From contig JBHIAE010000002.1 of assembly GCA_046758445.1 (NCBI GenBank), positions 48,994 through 72,993 on the forward strand: 24,000 nt of DNA. The letters are read 5' to 3'. Made by a program: the position numbers and the translations under genes. The notes under the pieces were generated by a model. That model ran no database searches. It was not told where the DNA came from and saw only the letters and a program-made list of their open reading frames with translations. Positions 14,783 to 23,152 of the stretch are shown here, in pieces (the first letter of the stretch is position 1; every line of letters starts with the position of its first letter). The DNA is from Candidatus Thorarchaeota archaeon. Lineage in GTDB: Archaea; Asgardarchaeota; Thorarchaeia; Thorarchaeales; Thorarchaeaceae.

Positions 14783-14983
14783 GACATGCGTTCTATTCCT
14801 TCTTTGCCTCCCCTTCCCCATTTCGTTTCAGGAGGGAGGGGGGCCCCAAGACCTAGAAACAGATGATGGCGCTCGCCTTAGACAACGGTTTCTCGTGAGA
14901 GTTTCATTATGCTCATGGTCTATGCATCTCTGGCAGAGCCACAATGGAATTCGGCAAAAGTCGAAATCCTTATCACTGAAACG

Positions 14984-15727
14984 ATGCGAACAAATCAAGC
15001 CATGGCAATGCAGTCATCTGTCAGAGAGCGGTTTGCCAGACGTATTGCGGGTGAGATTGCCCTTTCCGACCACCCTGGGCAGACCATGCGCCTGTGGAGA
15101 GAGAGATTCAGGCTTCCGCAGATAGAGTTGGCAGACTTCATTGGCATAAGCCCCAGTGTTATCAGTGACTATGAGTCTGGACGGAGGAAGTCGCCTGGCA
15201 CATCTACAATACGCCGCTTTGTGATGGCACTCCTGGCACTGGACGAGCGAAACGGTGGCCAGATAATCGCAGCCTATGTACGGTTGATGGATGTCAGTCT
15301 TGTGGATCTAGACATAGTCCTCGCAATGAGTGACTTTCATTCGCCTACCACTTTAGCTGATTTCTGTAAGCGGTTGAAGTGCACCGTCAAGACTGGCATG
15401 AATCTACTACAGAAGGAGATCTACGGCTATACCTTGGTCGACGTCGAGCGAGCTGTGAGGGAGCTCAGCAGCGAGGCGTTTATGAAGCTATTTGGTGCGA
15501 CTACTGAAAGATGCCTCATATTCACGAAAGTGAACACCGGACGAGCGCCCATGATTGCGATAAAATCTCAAGAGTTCAAACCGACGCTGGTGATTCTACA
15601 CGGCGTGGGAGAAGTGGACAGGCTTGCTCTGGAACTCTCTGAACAAATGAAGATCCCGTTGGCTGTGAGCAAGATAGGATCCTTGGATGCACTCATCAGA
15701 GAGCTTCGTAACGTTAATTCTGACTAG
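14984..15727 (+). CDS. XRE-family helix-turn-helix transcriptional regulator with an uncharacterised C-terminal domain
   Basis: Has the HTH PQIELADFIGISPSVISDYESGRRKSPG, preceded by RFARRIAGEIALS. The start is uncertain: the ORF is open from 14909, and ATGs occur at 14984, 15002 and 15008. Confidence 0.7.
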   Translation: MRTNQAMAMQSSVRERFARRIAGEIALSDHPGQTMRLWRERFRLPQIELADFIGISPSVISDYESGRRKSPGTSTIRRFVMALLALDERNGGQIIAAYVRLMDVSLVDLDIVLAMSDFHSPTTLADFCKRLKCTVKTGMNLLQKEIYGYTLVDVERAVRELSSEAFMKLFGATTERCLIFTKVNTGRAPMIAIKSQEFKPTLVILHGVGEVDRLALELSEQMKIPLAVSKIGSLDALIRELRNVNSD

Positions 15728-16638
15728 CTGAATATCAACTTTAGAATGGCCATTCTTGTGACAACGCCACTATATACTTGGTCGAAGTACTTTGCATGTG
15801 GCGTCGAGTCAATCTCAGATGAAAGCTCGTCTACACGGGGAAGCGGATGCAGTATGATCGCGTCATCTCTCATTAGACCGAGCTCCTCCGACGTGATTCG
15901 GAATTCACCCTTCACTTCATCGTATTCGTTGATGTCTGGAAAACGTTCCTTCTGTATCCTTGTCATGTAGACTACATCAACCTCCTTGACGGCCTCCTCC
16001 ACGGTATCGACCTCGGTCACTCGAACACCGGCCTTTCTCATCTCCTCAATTATGGCTCGTTTCATCCTCAGAGTAGGTGGTGCTGCCAGTTTGACATCAA
16101 CGTCATAATACGCCAGAGCCATGCCGAGAGAATGAACTGTCCTACCGTATCTCAGATCGCCAGAGAGTGAGATTGATAGCCCGTCAATCTTCCCTTTCAT
16201 CTTCTTTATGGAGTACAGGTCAAGCAATGCCTGTGTGGGATGTTCCTCCGACCCGCTTCCTGCGTTTATTATGGGGATGCTCGAGAACTCTGCAGCCACT
16301 CTTGCAGATCCGTCTAGAGGATGGCGTATGACTATGACATCTGCATACCTCTCTACAGTGCGGATGGTGTCCGCCAGCGTTTCCCCTTTACCTCCCGCGG
16401 AAGTCGAAATGACATCAGCAAAACCAAGGACTCGTCCACCAAGTCTGATCATTGCGCTCTCGAAGGAAAGGCGCGTACGTGTAGACGGCTCGAAGAACAG
16501 AGTGGCCATAATCTTGTCGGCCAATTCCCTGCTCCTGTTTACTGCGACATCCTCCATTTGTTCAGCCGTCTTTAGAATAAGATCTATGGTTCCACGATCC
16601 AGGTCGTGGATACTAATCAAGTTGTGAAGAATCCCCAT
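15724..16638 (-). CDS. pyrB: Aspartate carbamoyltransferase catalytic subunit
   Basis: Has the carbamoyl-phosphate site FFEPSTRTR, then HPTQALLD and ILHPLPR. Confidence 0.95.
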   Translation of the reverse strand: MGILHNLISIHDLDRGTIDLILKTAEQMEDVAVNRSRELADKIMATLFFEPSTRTRLSFESAMIRLGGRVLGFADVISTSAGGKGETLADTIRTVERYADVIVIRHPLDGSARVAAEFSSIPIINAGSGSEEHPTQALLDLYSIKKMKGKIDGLSISLSGDLRYGRTVHSLGMALAYYDVDVKLAAPPTLRMKRAIIEEMRKAGVRVTEVDTVEEAVKEVDVVYMTRIQKERFPDINEYDEVKGEFRITSEELGLMRDDAIILHPLPRVDELSSEIDSTPHAKYFDQVYSGVVTRMAILKLIFS

Positions 16639-16658
16639 CCATTCTCACCTTGGACTCT

Positions 16659-17198
16659 CTAGACTGCGGGCTCTTCACCATTGCTCTTTAAAGTTTCCAA
16701 GTTTCGCCCGTAGTTTCTAGGAATCTCTACCCGTCTGATCTTGAGGCCTGACTCCCTGATGAGCTGAGTGGCCAGGTCATCCTCATACTCCTCGTTGTAG
16801 ACTATCTCAACAATTCCCGCATTGATCAGTATCTTTGTGCAGATACTGCAGGGCTTGGTTGTGCAGTAGACCTCTGCTCCCCTTACACTCACACCATGGT
16901 ATGCTGCCTGAATCACTGCATTCTGTTCGGCGTGAAGGCCTCTACAGAGTTCATGTCTTTCGCCCGGTTTGACCCCCTGATTCTCACGCACACAACCGAC
17001 ATCTTCACAGTGGGGAAGGCCTTTGGGGGCCCCGTTGTAGCCGGTACTCAGAATCTGGGCCTCTTTGACAACCACCGCTCCAACTTGGTTCCTGAGACAC
17101 GTACTCCGTGATGACACAAGGTCAGCAATCTCGCCAAAGTACACGTCCTTGCTCTTCCTGACCAAAGAGTCTACAGCTCCTTGCCGCTGATGTGTCAA
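16659..17198 (-). CDS. dCMP deaminase (cytidine/deoxycytidylate deaminase zinc-binding family)
   Basis: Has the zinc motifs HAEQNA and PCSICTKIL, and the N-terminal [16 protein letters not shown] typical of dCMP deaminases. The start is uncertain: TTG 17198 or TTG 17165, the latter preceded by GGAG. Confidence 0.85.
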   Translation of the reverse strand: MTHQRQGAVDSLVRKSKDVYFGEIADLVSSRSTCLRNQVGAVVVKEAQILSTGYNGAPKGLPHCEDVGCVRENQGVKPGERHELCRGLHAEQNAVIQAAYHGVSVRGAEVYCTTKPCSICTKILINAGIVEIVYNEEYEDDLATQLIRESGLKIRRVEIPRNYGRNLETLKSNGEEPAV

Positions 17199-17323
17199 CC
17201 TCTCTTAAGAAGGTCGTTGTTAGACCACATATCATTCACATTTCGTAGTCGAAAGGCGAAAGGTAAAAAGAGCAGGTCAAGCGTGATGGGATGAACCTCA
17301 AGTGAAATTGGAAGCCCAGCATC

Positions 17324-17680
17324 ATGAGAAAGCGGGATGGAAAGATAGTAGTGTGGCCAGCCTACCTAGATTCAACCCTCACCAGAGCACAGGGACGTAG
17401 GATTCCCAAGAATCTCGGAGCACCTGACATCTCAATCAAGATTCTCAAGGAGGCTGCAGACTCGGCAGGGTTCGACTCCGAGGTCGAAGCTGAGAAGGTA
17501 TACCCGCGCGGCTGGAACAGATCTTCTGGCTATCTAGTCGTTGAAAACCCAGAGAAACACAAGAAGAAGCGTCTAATCCTGATGCTGGCAAAGAGCGTAA
17601 GAAGAGTCGTTGCAAAACGTGACTCCGCAAGGAAGGAAGCGGAGAAGAAGAAGAAGGCCAAGAAGAAGAAGAAACGATAG
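17324..17680 (+). CDS. srp19: Signal recognition particle protein SRP19
   Basis: Has VVWPAYLDSTLTRAQGRRIPK...YPRGW and a Lys-rich tail, colinear with archaeal SRP19. Confidence 0.9.
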   Translation: MRKRDGKIVVWPAYLDSTLTRAQGRRIPKNLGAPDISIKILKEAADSAGFDSEVEAEKVYPRGWNRSSGYLVVENPEKHKKKRLILMLAKSVRRVVAKRDSARKEAEKKKKAKKKKKR

Positions 17681-17684
17681 GCGC

Positions 17685-17948
17685 ATGATTCTGGGAGGTC
17701 AAGAATTGAAGAGGCTCGGCAAGGTTCTTCATGTGTCGAAGAGGGGGTCCCTAATCCTCAGGACAGACAAGACACCTCCCATTGGCGAGCGCTCCGTTGT
17801 TATGAATAAGCAAGCCGAGAAAATAGGCACGATAATTGACGTGTTTGGACCAGTCAAAAACCCGTATGTCGCTGTAAGTCCTCTGAACAAGGACACTTCT
17901 CACAAGCTTGTTGGTCAGGTATTATACCTCTACAAGCGCAAAAAGTGA
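17685..17948 (+). CDS. gar1: H/ACA ribonucleoprotein component Gar1
   Basis: Has LGKVLHVSKRGSLILR...IGTIIDVFGPVKNPYVAV, the Gar1 core. ATG 17685 lies 4 nt after the srp19 stop. The ORF-track start at 17610 is an out-of-frame read of the srp19 Lys tail. Confidence 0.85.
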   Translation: MILGGQELKRLGKVLHVSKRGSLILRTDKTPPIGERSVVMNKQAEKIGTIIDVFGPVKNPYVAVSPLNKDTSHKLVGQVLYLYKRKK

Positions 17949-18078
17949 TGCTCGCTTCTGTACATCGATGTTCTCCTGAGGACGCAAGCTGCCGAAATCG
18001 TGGAGCAGCTTCCGAAATCTAAATATCAATTCGTGCAGAATGTTCGACGTTGCCACGTGTTAATCAAAGGTCATCTCA

Positions 18079-18432
18079 ATGAACGATGTAACGGACCGGA
18101 TTCTGGAGGCTCTCCGAGCCGTTGGTGAAAACGGTCTAGTCATCGAGGAACTGAAGACCGGGCTTGGCATTGATTCAAGGAATCTGGCCAAGAGCATCAA
18201 GCGACTGAAGTCCCAGAGGCTAATCAAAGTGCAGAAACAAGAACTGAAAGAGGAAAGATACGTCATCAGAGCTGAGATCAGCGATGAAGCTGAGCCCGGT
18301 AGCCTATCTGACATGAACGGTTGTCCCTGCTTCCACTGTCTAAGAATCAGCAAGTGTGGCGTTCGACAGCCTGACTCTCCAGTCAGCTGTAAGAACCTAG
18401 AAGAGTGGATGTTAGGTTCGGAAGCAGCCTAA
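18079..18432 (+). CDS. Winged-helix protein with a C-terminal Cys cluster, TFE-beta / RPC34-like
   Basis: The N-terminal winged helix is ILEALRAVGENGLVIEELKTGLGIDSRNLAKSIKRLKSQRLIK. The C-terminal segment CPCFHCLRISKCGVRQPDSPVSCKNLEEW resembles, from memory, the 4Fe-4S domain pattern of RPC34/TFE-beta. Confidence 0.5.
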   Translation: MNDVTDRILEALRAVGENGLVIEELKTGLGIDSRNLAKSIKRLKSQRLIKVQKQELKEERYVIRAEISDEAEPGSLSDMNGCPCFHCLRISKCGVRQPDSPVSCKNLEEWMLGSEAA

Positions 18433-19046
18433 TCCACATTCCTATCTGACTTCTTCAAAGGGCCTGTAGCAAGCAGATAAATCTCCGCACTTGTCCTGCG
18501 TGATGCATCAGGCTTGAGAAGTCTTACGGATTGATACTGTTCTTTGACAGATTGGAGGAACTCTTGAAATCCACTGCCTTGGAAGACTTTGGTCAGTACC
18601 TTTCCGCTCTGCCCAAGCAATTCAAGACCGATTCCCAGAGTAGCCTCCACAAGAGCCAGTTGTCTTGCGACATCAAGGTCCCAGTTTCCGGTGACCTTTG
18701 GAGCACAGTCTGATACCACAAGGTCGACTGATCCTCTGGTCATCTCCCTGATTCTCTCCACGGTTGCGGGACTCAGTATGTCCCCCTGAATGAAAGTAGC
18801 TCTCTCAACCGCTTGCATCGGCACTAAGTCGACTGCCACTATCTCTATTTCACTATCTAGTTCACGGAGAACTTGAGTCCAGCCTCCCGGACTGCTGCAG
18901 AGATCGAGCACGCGGTCAACACCACCAAGGAGCTTGTGTTTCTTTGCAATCTGCTTGAGCTTGTAGGCACTTCTTGCCCGGTATCCCTTGGCCTTGGCTG
19001 CTCTATAATAGTGCTCCTTCTTGCGCAGTTTCTTTGGCTTTCCCAT
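18429..19046 (-). CDS. rlmE: 23S rRNA 2'-O-ribose methyltransferase RlmE/FtsJ
   Basis: Has YRARSAYKLKQI and the SAM motif VLDLCSSPGGWTQV, followed by DLVVSD. Confidence 0.92.
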   Translation of the reverse strand: MGKPKKLRKKEHYYRAAKAKGYRARSAYKLKQIAKKHKLLGGVDRVLDLCSSPGGWTQVLRELDSEIEIVAVDLVPMQAVERATFIQGDILSPATVERIREMTRGSVDLVVSDCAPKVTGNWDLDVARQLALVEATLGIGLELLGQSGKVLTKVFQGSGFQEFLQSVKEQYQSVRLLKPDASRRTSAEIYLLATGPLKKSDRNVD

Positions 19047-19050
19047 CTGT

Positions 19051-20256
19051 CTACTTCACTCCGGAAAGATCACTAATCACTCTGCCTAGTTCTCCAATTG
19101 ATGCATTGGTTCGAATCGCAGTCGGTCTGAAGTGGGTCCTTGATGCCGAATGCCCAAGATCTCTCACTCTCTGCATCACTGTATCAGTCTTTGGGGGTGC
19201 AAGTCCATGAACGTCGCACAGAACATGGAGGTCCACATATGGATTGTCCGTTAGCTCCGCTTCCTCCCGCATAAGTGGCAAGACTGTTGATACGCGTCTA
19301 TGGAAACCAGCTTCTCCCTCCGCCAGAAACGTCAGTGCGGTATCAAGCAGGGACACATCGAAGAGATCACCGATCCAGAGTGGGCCTGCAACGGTTGGCA
19401 TTCCAACACAGGTGTCTGTTTCATGCTTGAATTCGCTCTTCTGCAGTGATTCTCTCAACGAAACAGTTTCAGCGCGCATACAGGTCTTACAAAAGCGTAT
19501 CAGGCCCATCTTGTCAGCCTGTATGTTTCCTTCGCTCTTGCTGCCCTCAATTCTGACCCACACTCTGACGTAGTGGTCAGTGCTCAATACTGCAAGAGGC
19601 TCAATTGACCTGTCATTAGCACCTCCTGCAGAGTAGGCCGCACCCAGGAGAAGTCGTACGGCAAGCTCATGCACGAAAGGCGCTCGTATAGACAGTCCGC
19701 CGTATTTCCGCAGAGCCACATTGGGGTGGACTCCGCACAGTGCTGGCATGTCAGTCGCTGTGAGAGCGAGCATACCGACACGAGGATTCAAGGACTGTAT
19801 CGCAGCACTCAGATAGGGTGCAGGACTTCCAAAAGGGTCTACATCTACAAAGCCAAACCTTCGGGTCCGCGATTCAGTCAAGAGCAAGACTTTGGCATCT
19901 CCCCTCTTGACTTTCGCTCGAGATTGAAGATTGAGCCGTTCTATGTTCCTTTCTGCCATCTCAACGGCTACGGGATTTATGTCAAACATCAAGGCTTTGA
20001 AGCTGCCCGGACATTCATTCAGATAGCGAAGAGTTCTGATACCTGAACCTGTCAAAGGTTCGCAGAGAAGGTCAATGGAGTTCGTTTCAAGATAAGCACG
20101 CAGGAACAGCACAGACAGGTCTCGATTCAATCTCATACGTGGATTATAGAAGACAGGTAGGTCTGTCGCTGGTTGCTCCTTATTCGCACTATAGTGCTCA
20201 ACATCTGCACTCATGAAAGAGGTCTTGCCTTCTGTGTACTCCTTCTCGACAATCAT
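19051..20256 (-). CDS. trm1: tRNA (guanine26-N2)-dimethyltransferase Trm1
   Basis: Has FYNPRMRLNRDLSV, DPFGSPAPYL, and a C-terminal Cys-containing domain. It lies 4 nt upstream of rlmE. Confidence 0.92.
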   Translation of the reverse strand: MIVEKEYTEGKTSFMSADVEHYSANKEQPATDLPVFYNPRMRLNRDLSVLFLRAYLETNSIDLLCEPLTGSGIRTLRYLNECPGSFKALMFDINPVAVEMAERNIERLNLQSRAKVKRGDAKVLLLTESRTRRFGFVDVDPFGSPAPYLSAAIQSLNPRVGMLALTATDMPALCGVHPNVALRKYGGLSIRAPFVHELAVRLLLGAAYSAGGANDRSIEPLAVLSTDHYVRVWVRIEGSKSEGNIQADKMGLIRFCKTCMRAETVSLRESLQKSEFKHETDTCVGMPTVAGPLWIGDLFDVSLLDTALTFLAEGEAGFHRRVSTVLPLMREEAELTDNPYVDLHVLCDVHGLAPPKTDTVMQRVRDLGHSASRTHFRPTAIRTNASIGELGRVISDLSGVK

Positions 20257-20418
20257 CAGACAGTCAAGCCTCGCTATGTTTTGCTAATAAGGAGACAGGA
20301 TAGACTTTGAGTGTGCGGCCAACTGACCAATGACATCTCCGGAACGTCTAAGAGGAGAACGTGCAGCCAAGAAACAACCAAAGAGGACCTAAAAGAACCG
20401 GACCTAGGGGTGCTAGTC

Positions 20419-20907
20419 ATGACAACAAGAGTAAGAATTGAAACTAACAAGGGAACAATCATTGCAGAGCTATGGCCAGACGCAGCAATCAACACAGTCA
20501 AGAACTTCGTTGAGCTTGCCAGAGATGGCTACTACGATGGAGTGACATTTCATCGGGTAATCTCCGAGTTCGTAGTGCAGGGAGGCGATTCCACAGGAAC
20601 TGGGGGTGGCGGACCGGGCTATGCTATTGTCTGCGAAACTGATGGACCAAAGCAGGAACATATCCAAGGTGCATTATCGATGGCACATGCAGGTGAGAAC
20701 ACAGGTGGAAGTCAGTTCTTCATAGTTCTGAATGCAGAGAAGTGCAAGCATCTGGACAGGAAGCACACCGTTTTCGGAGCAGTGATAGAGGGGTTTGATG
20801 TCGTTGAGGCAATCAGGCAGGGTGACAAGATGACCAAGGTCGAGGTATTGGAGGCAGATCCGGTCGTAGAGAGTCATGAGCTGAAAAAGCTCCCTTCATG
20901 GCGTTGA
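20419..20907 (+). CDS. Cyclophilin-type peptidyl-prolyl cis-trans isomerase
   Basis: Has FHRVISEFVVQGGD...GGSQFFI...LDRKHTVFG. ATG 20419 gives the typical N-terminus (RIETNKGTIIAEL). The ORF-track start at 20311 adds a non-conserved extension. Confidence 0.92.
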   Translation: MTTRVRIETNKGTIIAELWPDAAINTVKNFVELARDGYYDGVTFHRVISEFVVQGGDSTGTGGGGPGYAIVCETDGPKQEHIQGALSMAHAGENTGGSQFFIVLNAEKCKHLDRKHTVFGAVIEGFDVVEAIRQGDKMTKVEVLEADPVVESHELKKLPSWR

Positions 20908-20998
20908 ACAGTCACCTTTACATATCACCCCACATCGTCACACGCCAAGAAATCTAGGAGTAATAACCACAAACATAGTCAGCAAGAGAGGTATCCAG

Positions 20999-23134
20999 AT
21001 GGTAGCTGCCGTATTCATCGGAACATCGATTCTATCAGGAATCCTGGCGATAGTCGTTGCACTCTACTCGTACAGGCTAGTAAGTAAGGCTCATGAAGGG
21101 GACGAGAAGATGAAGACAGTCAGCGCACTGATTGAGGAAGGAGCCTATTCCTTCATCAAGGTCCAATACAAGAATCTTCTAGCCTTCACACTTGTTCTTG
21201 CTCTTCTGATTGCAGTAGTCTTCGCTGAATATGGTATTCCGATCTCAATATCGTATGTTCTTGGGTCGGTGGCAAGTATGGTCGCTGGATACGTCGGGAT
21301 TGTAGTGGCCACGAAGGCCAATCGACGTACAGCCGCAGCAGCAGCCAGTGGAGGTCTGAACCCCGCATTTCAAGTTGCGTTCAGGGCAGGCTCCGTAATG
21401 GGCCTAATGATAGCTGGAATTGCGCTGGTCGGTCTTGGTTCACTCTATTGGCTATGGAACTCGCTTCTCCCTGGTCTCGAGCCAACTGAACTCTGGGAGA
21501 TCATGACCGGTTTCTCCTTCGGAGCAAGCACCGTAGCACTGTTCGCAAAGGCCGGTGGAGGGATATTCACAAAGACGGCTGATATGTCCGCTGACATCGT
21601 GGGGAAGATTGAACAACACATTCCTGAGGATGATCCTCGAAATCCTGCGGCAGTAGCTGACGCTGTTGGTGACAATGTCGGTGATATTGCAGGCACTGGG
21701 GCGGATATCTACGACAGTAATGTGGCAGCAATACTTGCGGCTGCCATTCTGGGAGCTGCAATTGACGTTACAGCATCTCCCTCGCTGCCCTTTGGACTGC
21801 TTCCACTCCTTATTGCAGCCTTGGGCACAATCGCGTCTGTGATAGGGGTGTTCCTCGTCCGTCCCAAGGAGAAAGGTGATCCTGGGCCCGCTCTCAACAG
21901 AGGCACATACATCACTACCATTCTGTTCTCAATCTTCGTTGTGGCCACACTTGTGACGCTGAACCTTGACTTGACTATTGCACTGTTTGCGGTCTCTGGT
22001 CTACTTGCAGGCGTCTTCATAGGATTCACAAGCGATGTCTTCACCAGCGATCGTGGATTGGGTCGATTCAAACCAGTGCCCAATATGGTGACTGCGGCGG
22101 AGAAGAGCGCTGCTAATCTTGTCCTGTCAGGCTACTCTTATGGTCTTCTAAGCGTTGTACCCTCTGTCATTGGCATCGCTGCTGCCATGGTGGTATCGTT
22201 CATACTCGGAGCAAATGCCACGTCTGTCGGCCTTGGAGGAACTGATGGTGGCATCTTTGGTGTGGCAATTGCAGCCGTAGGTCTATTGTCCACAAATGGA
22301 ATGATAATGAGTTCAGACGCCTACGGTCCTATCGTAGACAACGCTAGAGGTGTGATTGAACAGGCTGGCGCCCCTCACGAGGCGATTGTAGCATGTGACA
22401 GACTCGACGCAAGCGGCAACACCACAAAGGCAATCACAAAAGGATTTGCGATAGGAGCCTCTGCAATCTCAGTCCTAGCACTCTTCGCCGCTTTCATTTC
22501 TTCGACCAGATTCCTCGTTCCCCGGGAGCTGCTAGTTGATGTTGTAAATCTGGCCGATCCATTCGTAATGGCAGGAGCACTAGTCGGGGCACTAGTACCA
22601 GTGGCGTTCTCAGCAATGTTAATCCTCGGCGTGGAAGACAATTCTGAGCGCATGATAACCGAGATTCGCAGGCAGTTTACTGAGGACCCTGGAATCCTCG
22701 AGGGCACGTCCAAGCCTGATTACGACCGATGTATCAGCATTGCCACTTCAGGCGCTATCAAGGAGCTGATGCCAGGTACTGTTATGGCAATAATGGTCAC
22801 GATGGTCACAGGTGTCTTTCTTGGACTAGAGGCACTCGCTGGTTACCTGGGCGGTGCCGTGATAACAGGCTTGGTGATGGCCATTCTGATGGATAATTCA
22901 GGAGGGGCTTGGGACAACACAAAGAAGATTATTGAGTCTCCGGAGTACGACCACAGCACTCCCGATTATGAGAGAGTGCATGACAACTCTGTCTTGGGTG
23001 ATATGGTGGGGGATCCATTCAAGGACACTGCTGGGCCGTCGATCAACACGCTTCTCGTGGTGATATCACTCACCGCAACCCTCTTCCTGCCCGTCATAGC
23101 ACAAATACATGCGTGGCTGACGGGACTGATCTAG
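20999..23134 (+). CDS. hppA: Membrane-bound proton-translocating pyrophosphatase (H+-PPase), K+-independent-type signature
   Basis: Has DNVGDIAGTGADIYDS and GDPFKDTAGPSIN and many transmembrane segments. GNTTKAITKG carries Lys (codon 22427-22429) and Thr where K+-dependent enzymes have Ala and Gly. Confidence 0.95.
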   Translation: MVAAVFIGTSILSGILAIVVALYSYRLVSKAHEGDEKMKTVSALIEEGAYSFIKVQYKNLLAFTLVLALLIAVVFAEYGIPISISYVLGSVASMVAGYVGIVVATKANRRTAAAAASGGLNPAFQVAFRAGSVMGLMIAGIALVGLGSLYWLWNSLLPGLEPTELWEIMTGFSFGASTVALFAKAGGGIFTKTADMSADIVGKIEQHIPEDDPRNPAAVADAVGDNVGDIAGTGADIYDSNVAAILAAAILGAAIDVTASPSLPFGLLPLLIAALGTIASVIGVFLVRPKEKGDPGPALNRGTYITTILFSIFVVATLVTLNLDLTIALFAVSGLLAGVFIGFTSDVFTSDRGLGRFKPVPNMVTAAEKSAANLVLSGYSYGLLSVVPSVIGIAAAMVVSFILGANATSVGLGGTDGGIFGVAIAAVGLLSTNGMIMSSDAYGPIVDNARGVIEQAGAPHEAIVACDRLDASGNTTKAITKGFAIGASAISVLALFAAFISSTRFLVPRELLVDVVNLADPFVMAGALVGALVPVAFSAMLILGVEDNSERMITEIRRQFTEDPGILEGTSKPDYDRCISIATSGAIKELMPGTVMAIMVTMVTGVFLGLEALAGYLGGAVITGLVMAILMDNSGGAWDNTKKIIESPEYDHSTPDYERVHDNSVLGDMVGDPFKDTAGPSINTLLVVISLTATLFLPVIAQIHAWLTGLI

Positions 23135-23152
23135 TGCAGGTGGTTCGTTTCT

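Noticed and set aside
14636-14821. 61-aa minus-strand ORF in the non-coding tract after tRNA-Pro
   Set aside because: It has no Shine-Dalgarno or promoter context, its composition is not protein-like, and it overlaps the decayed tRNA-Pro copy. I treat it as non-coding.
14807-14843. C-run / G-run pair read as a G-quadruplex or an intrinsic terminator
   Set aside because: The pairing is imperfect (6 bp plus internal loops), no oligo-T run follows, and the G-tracts are too irregular to call a quadruplex from sequence alone. It is noted only inside the finding on the non-coding tract.
17610-17684. Arg-rich N-terminal extension of the gar1 ORF (RKRRRRRRPRRRR) overlapping srp19
   Set aside because: It is simply the +1 frame reading of the AAG/GAA-rich tract that encodes the genuine Lys-rich tail of SRP19. 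Gar1 homology begins at ATG 17685.
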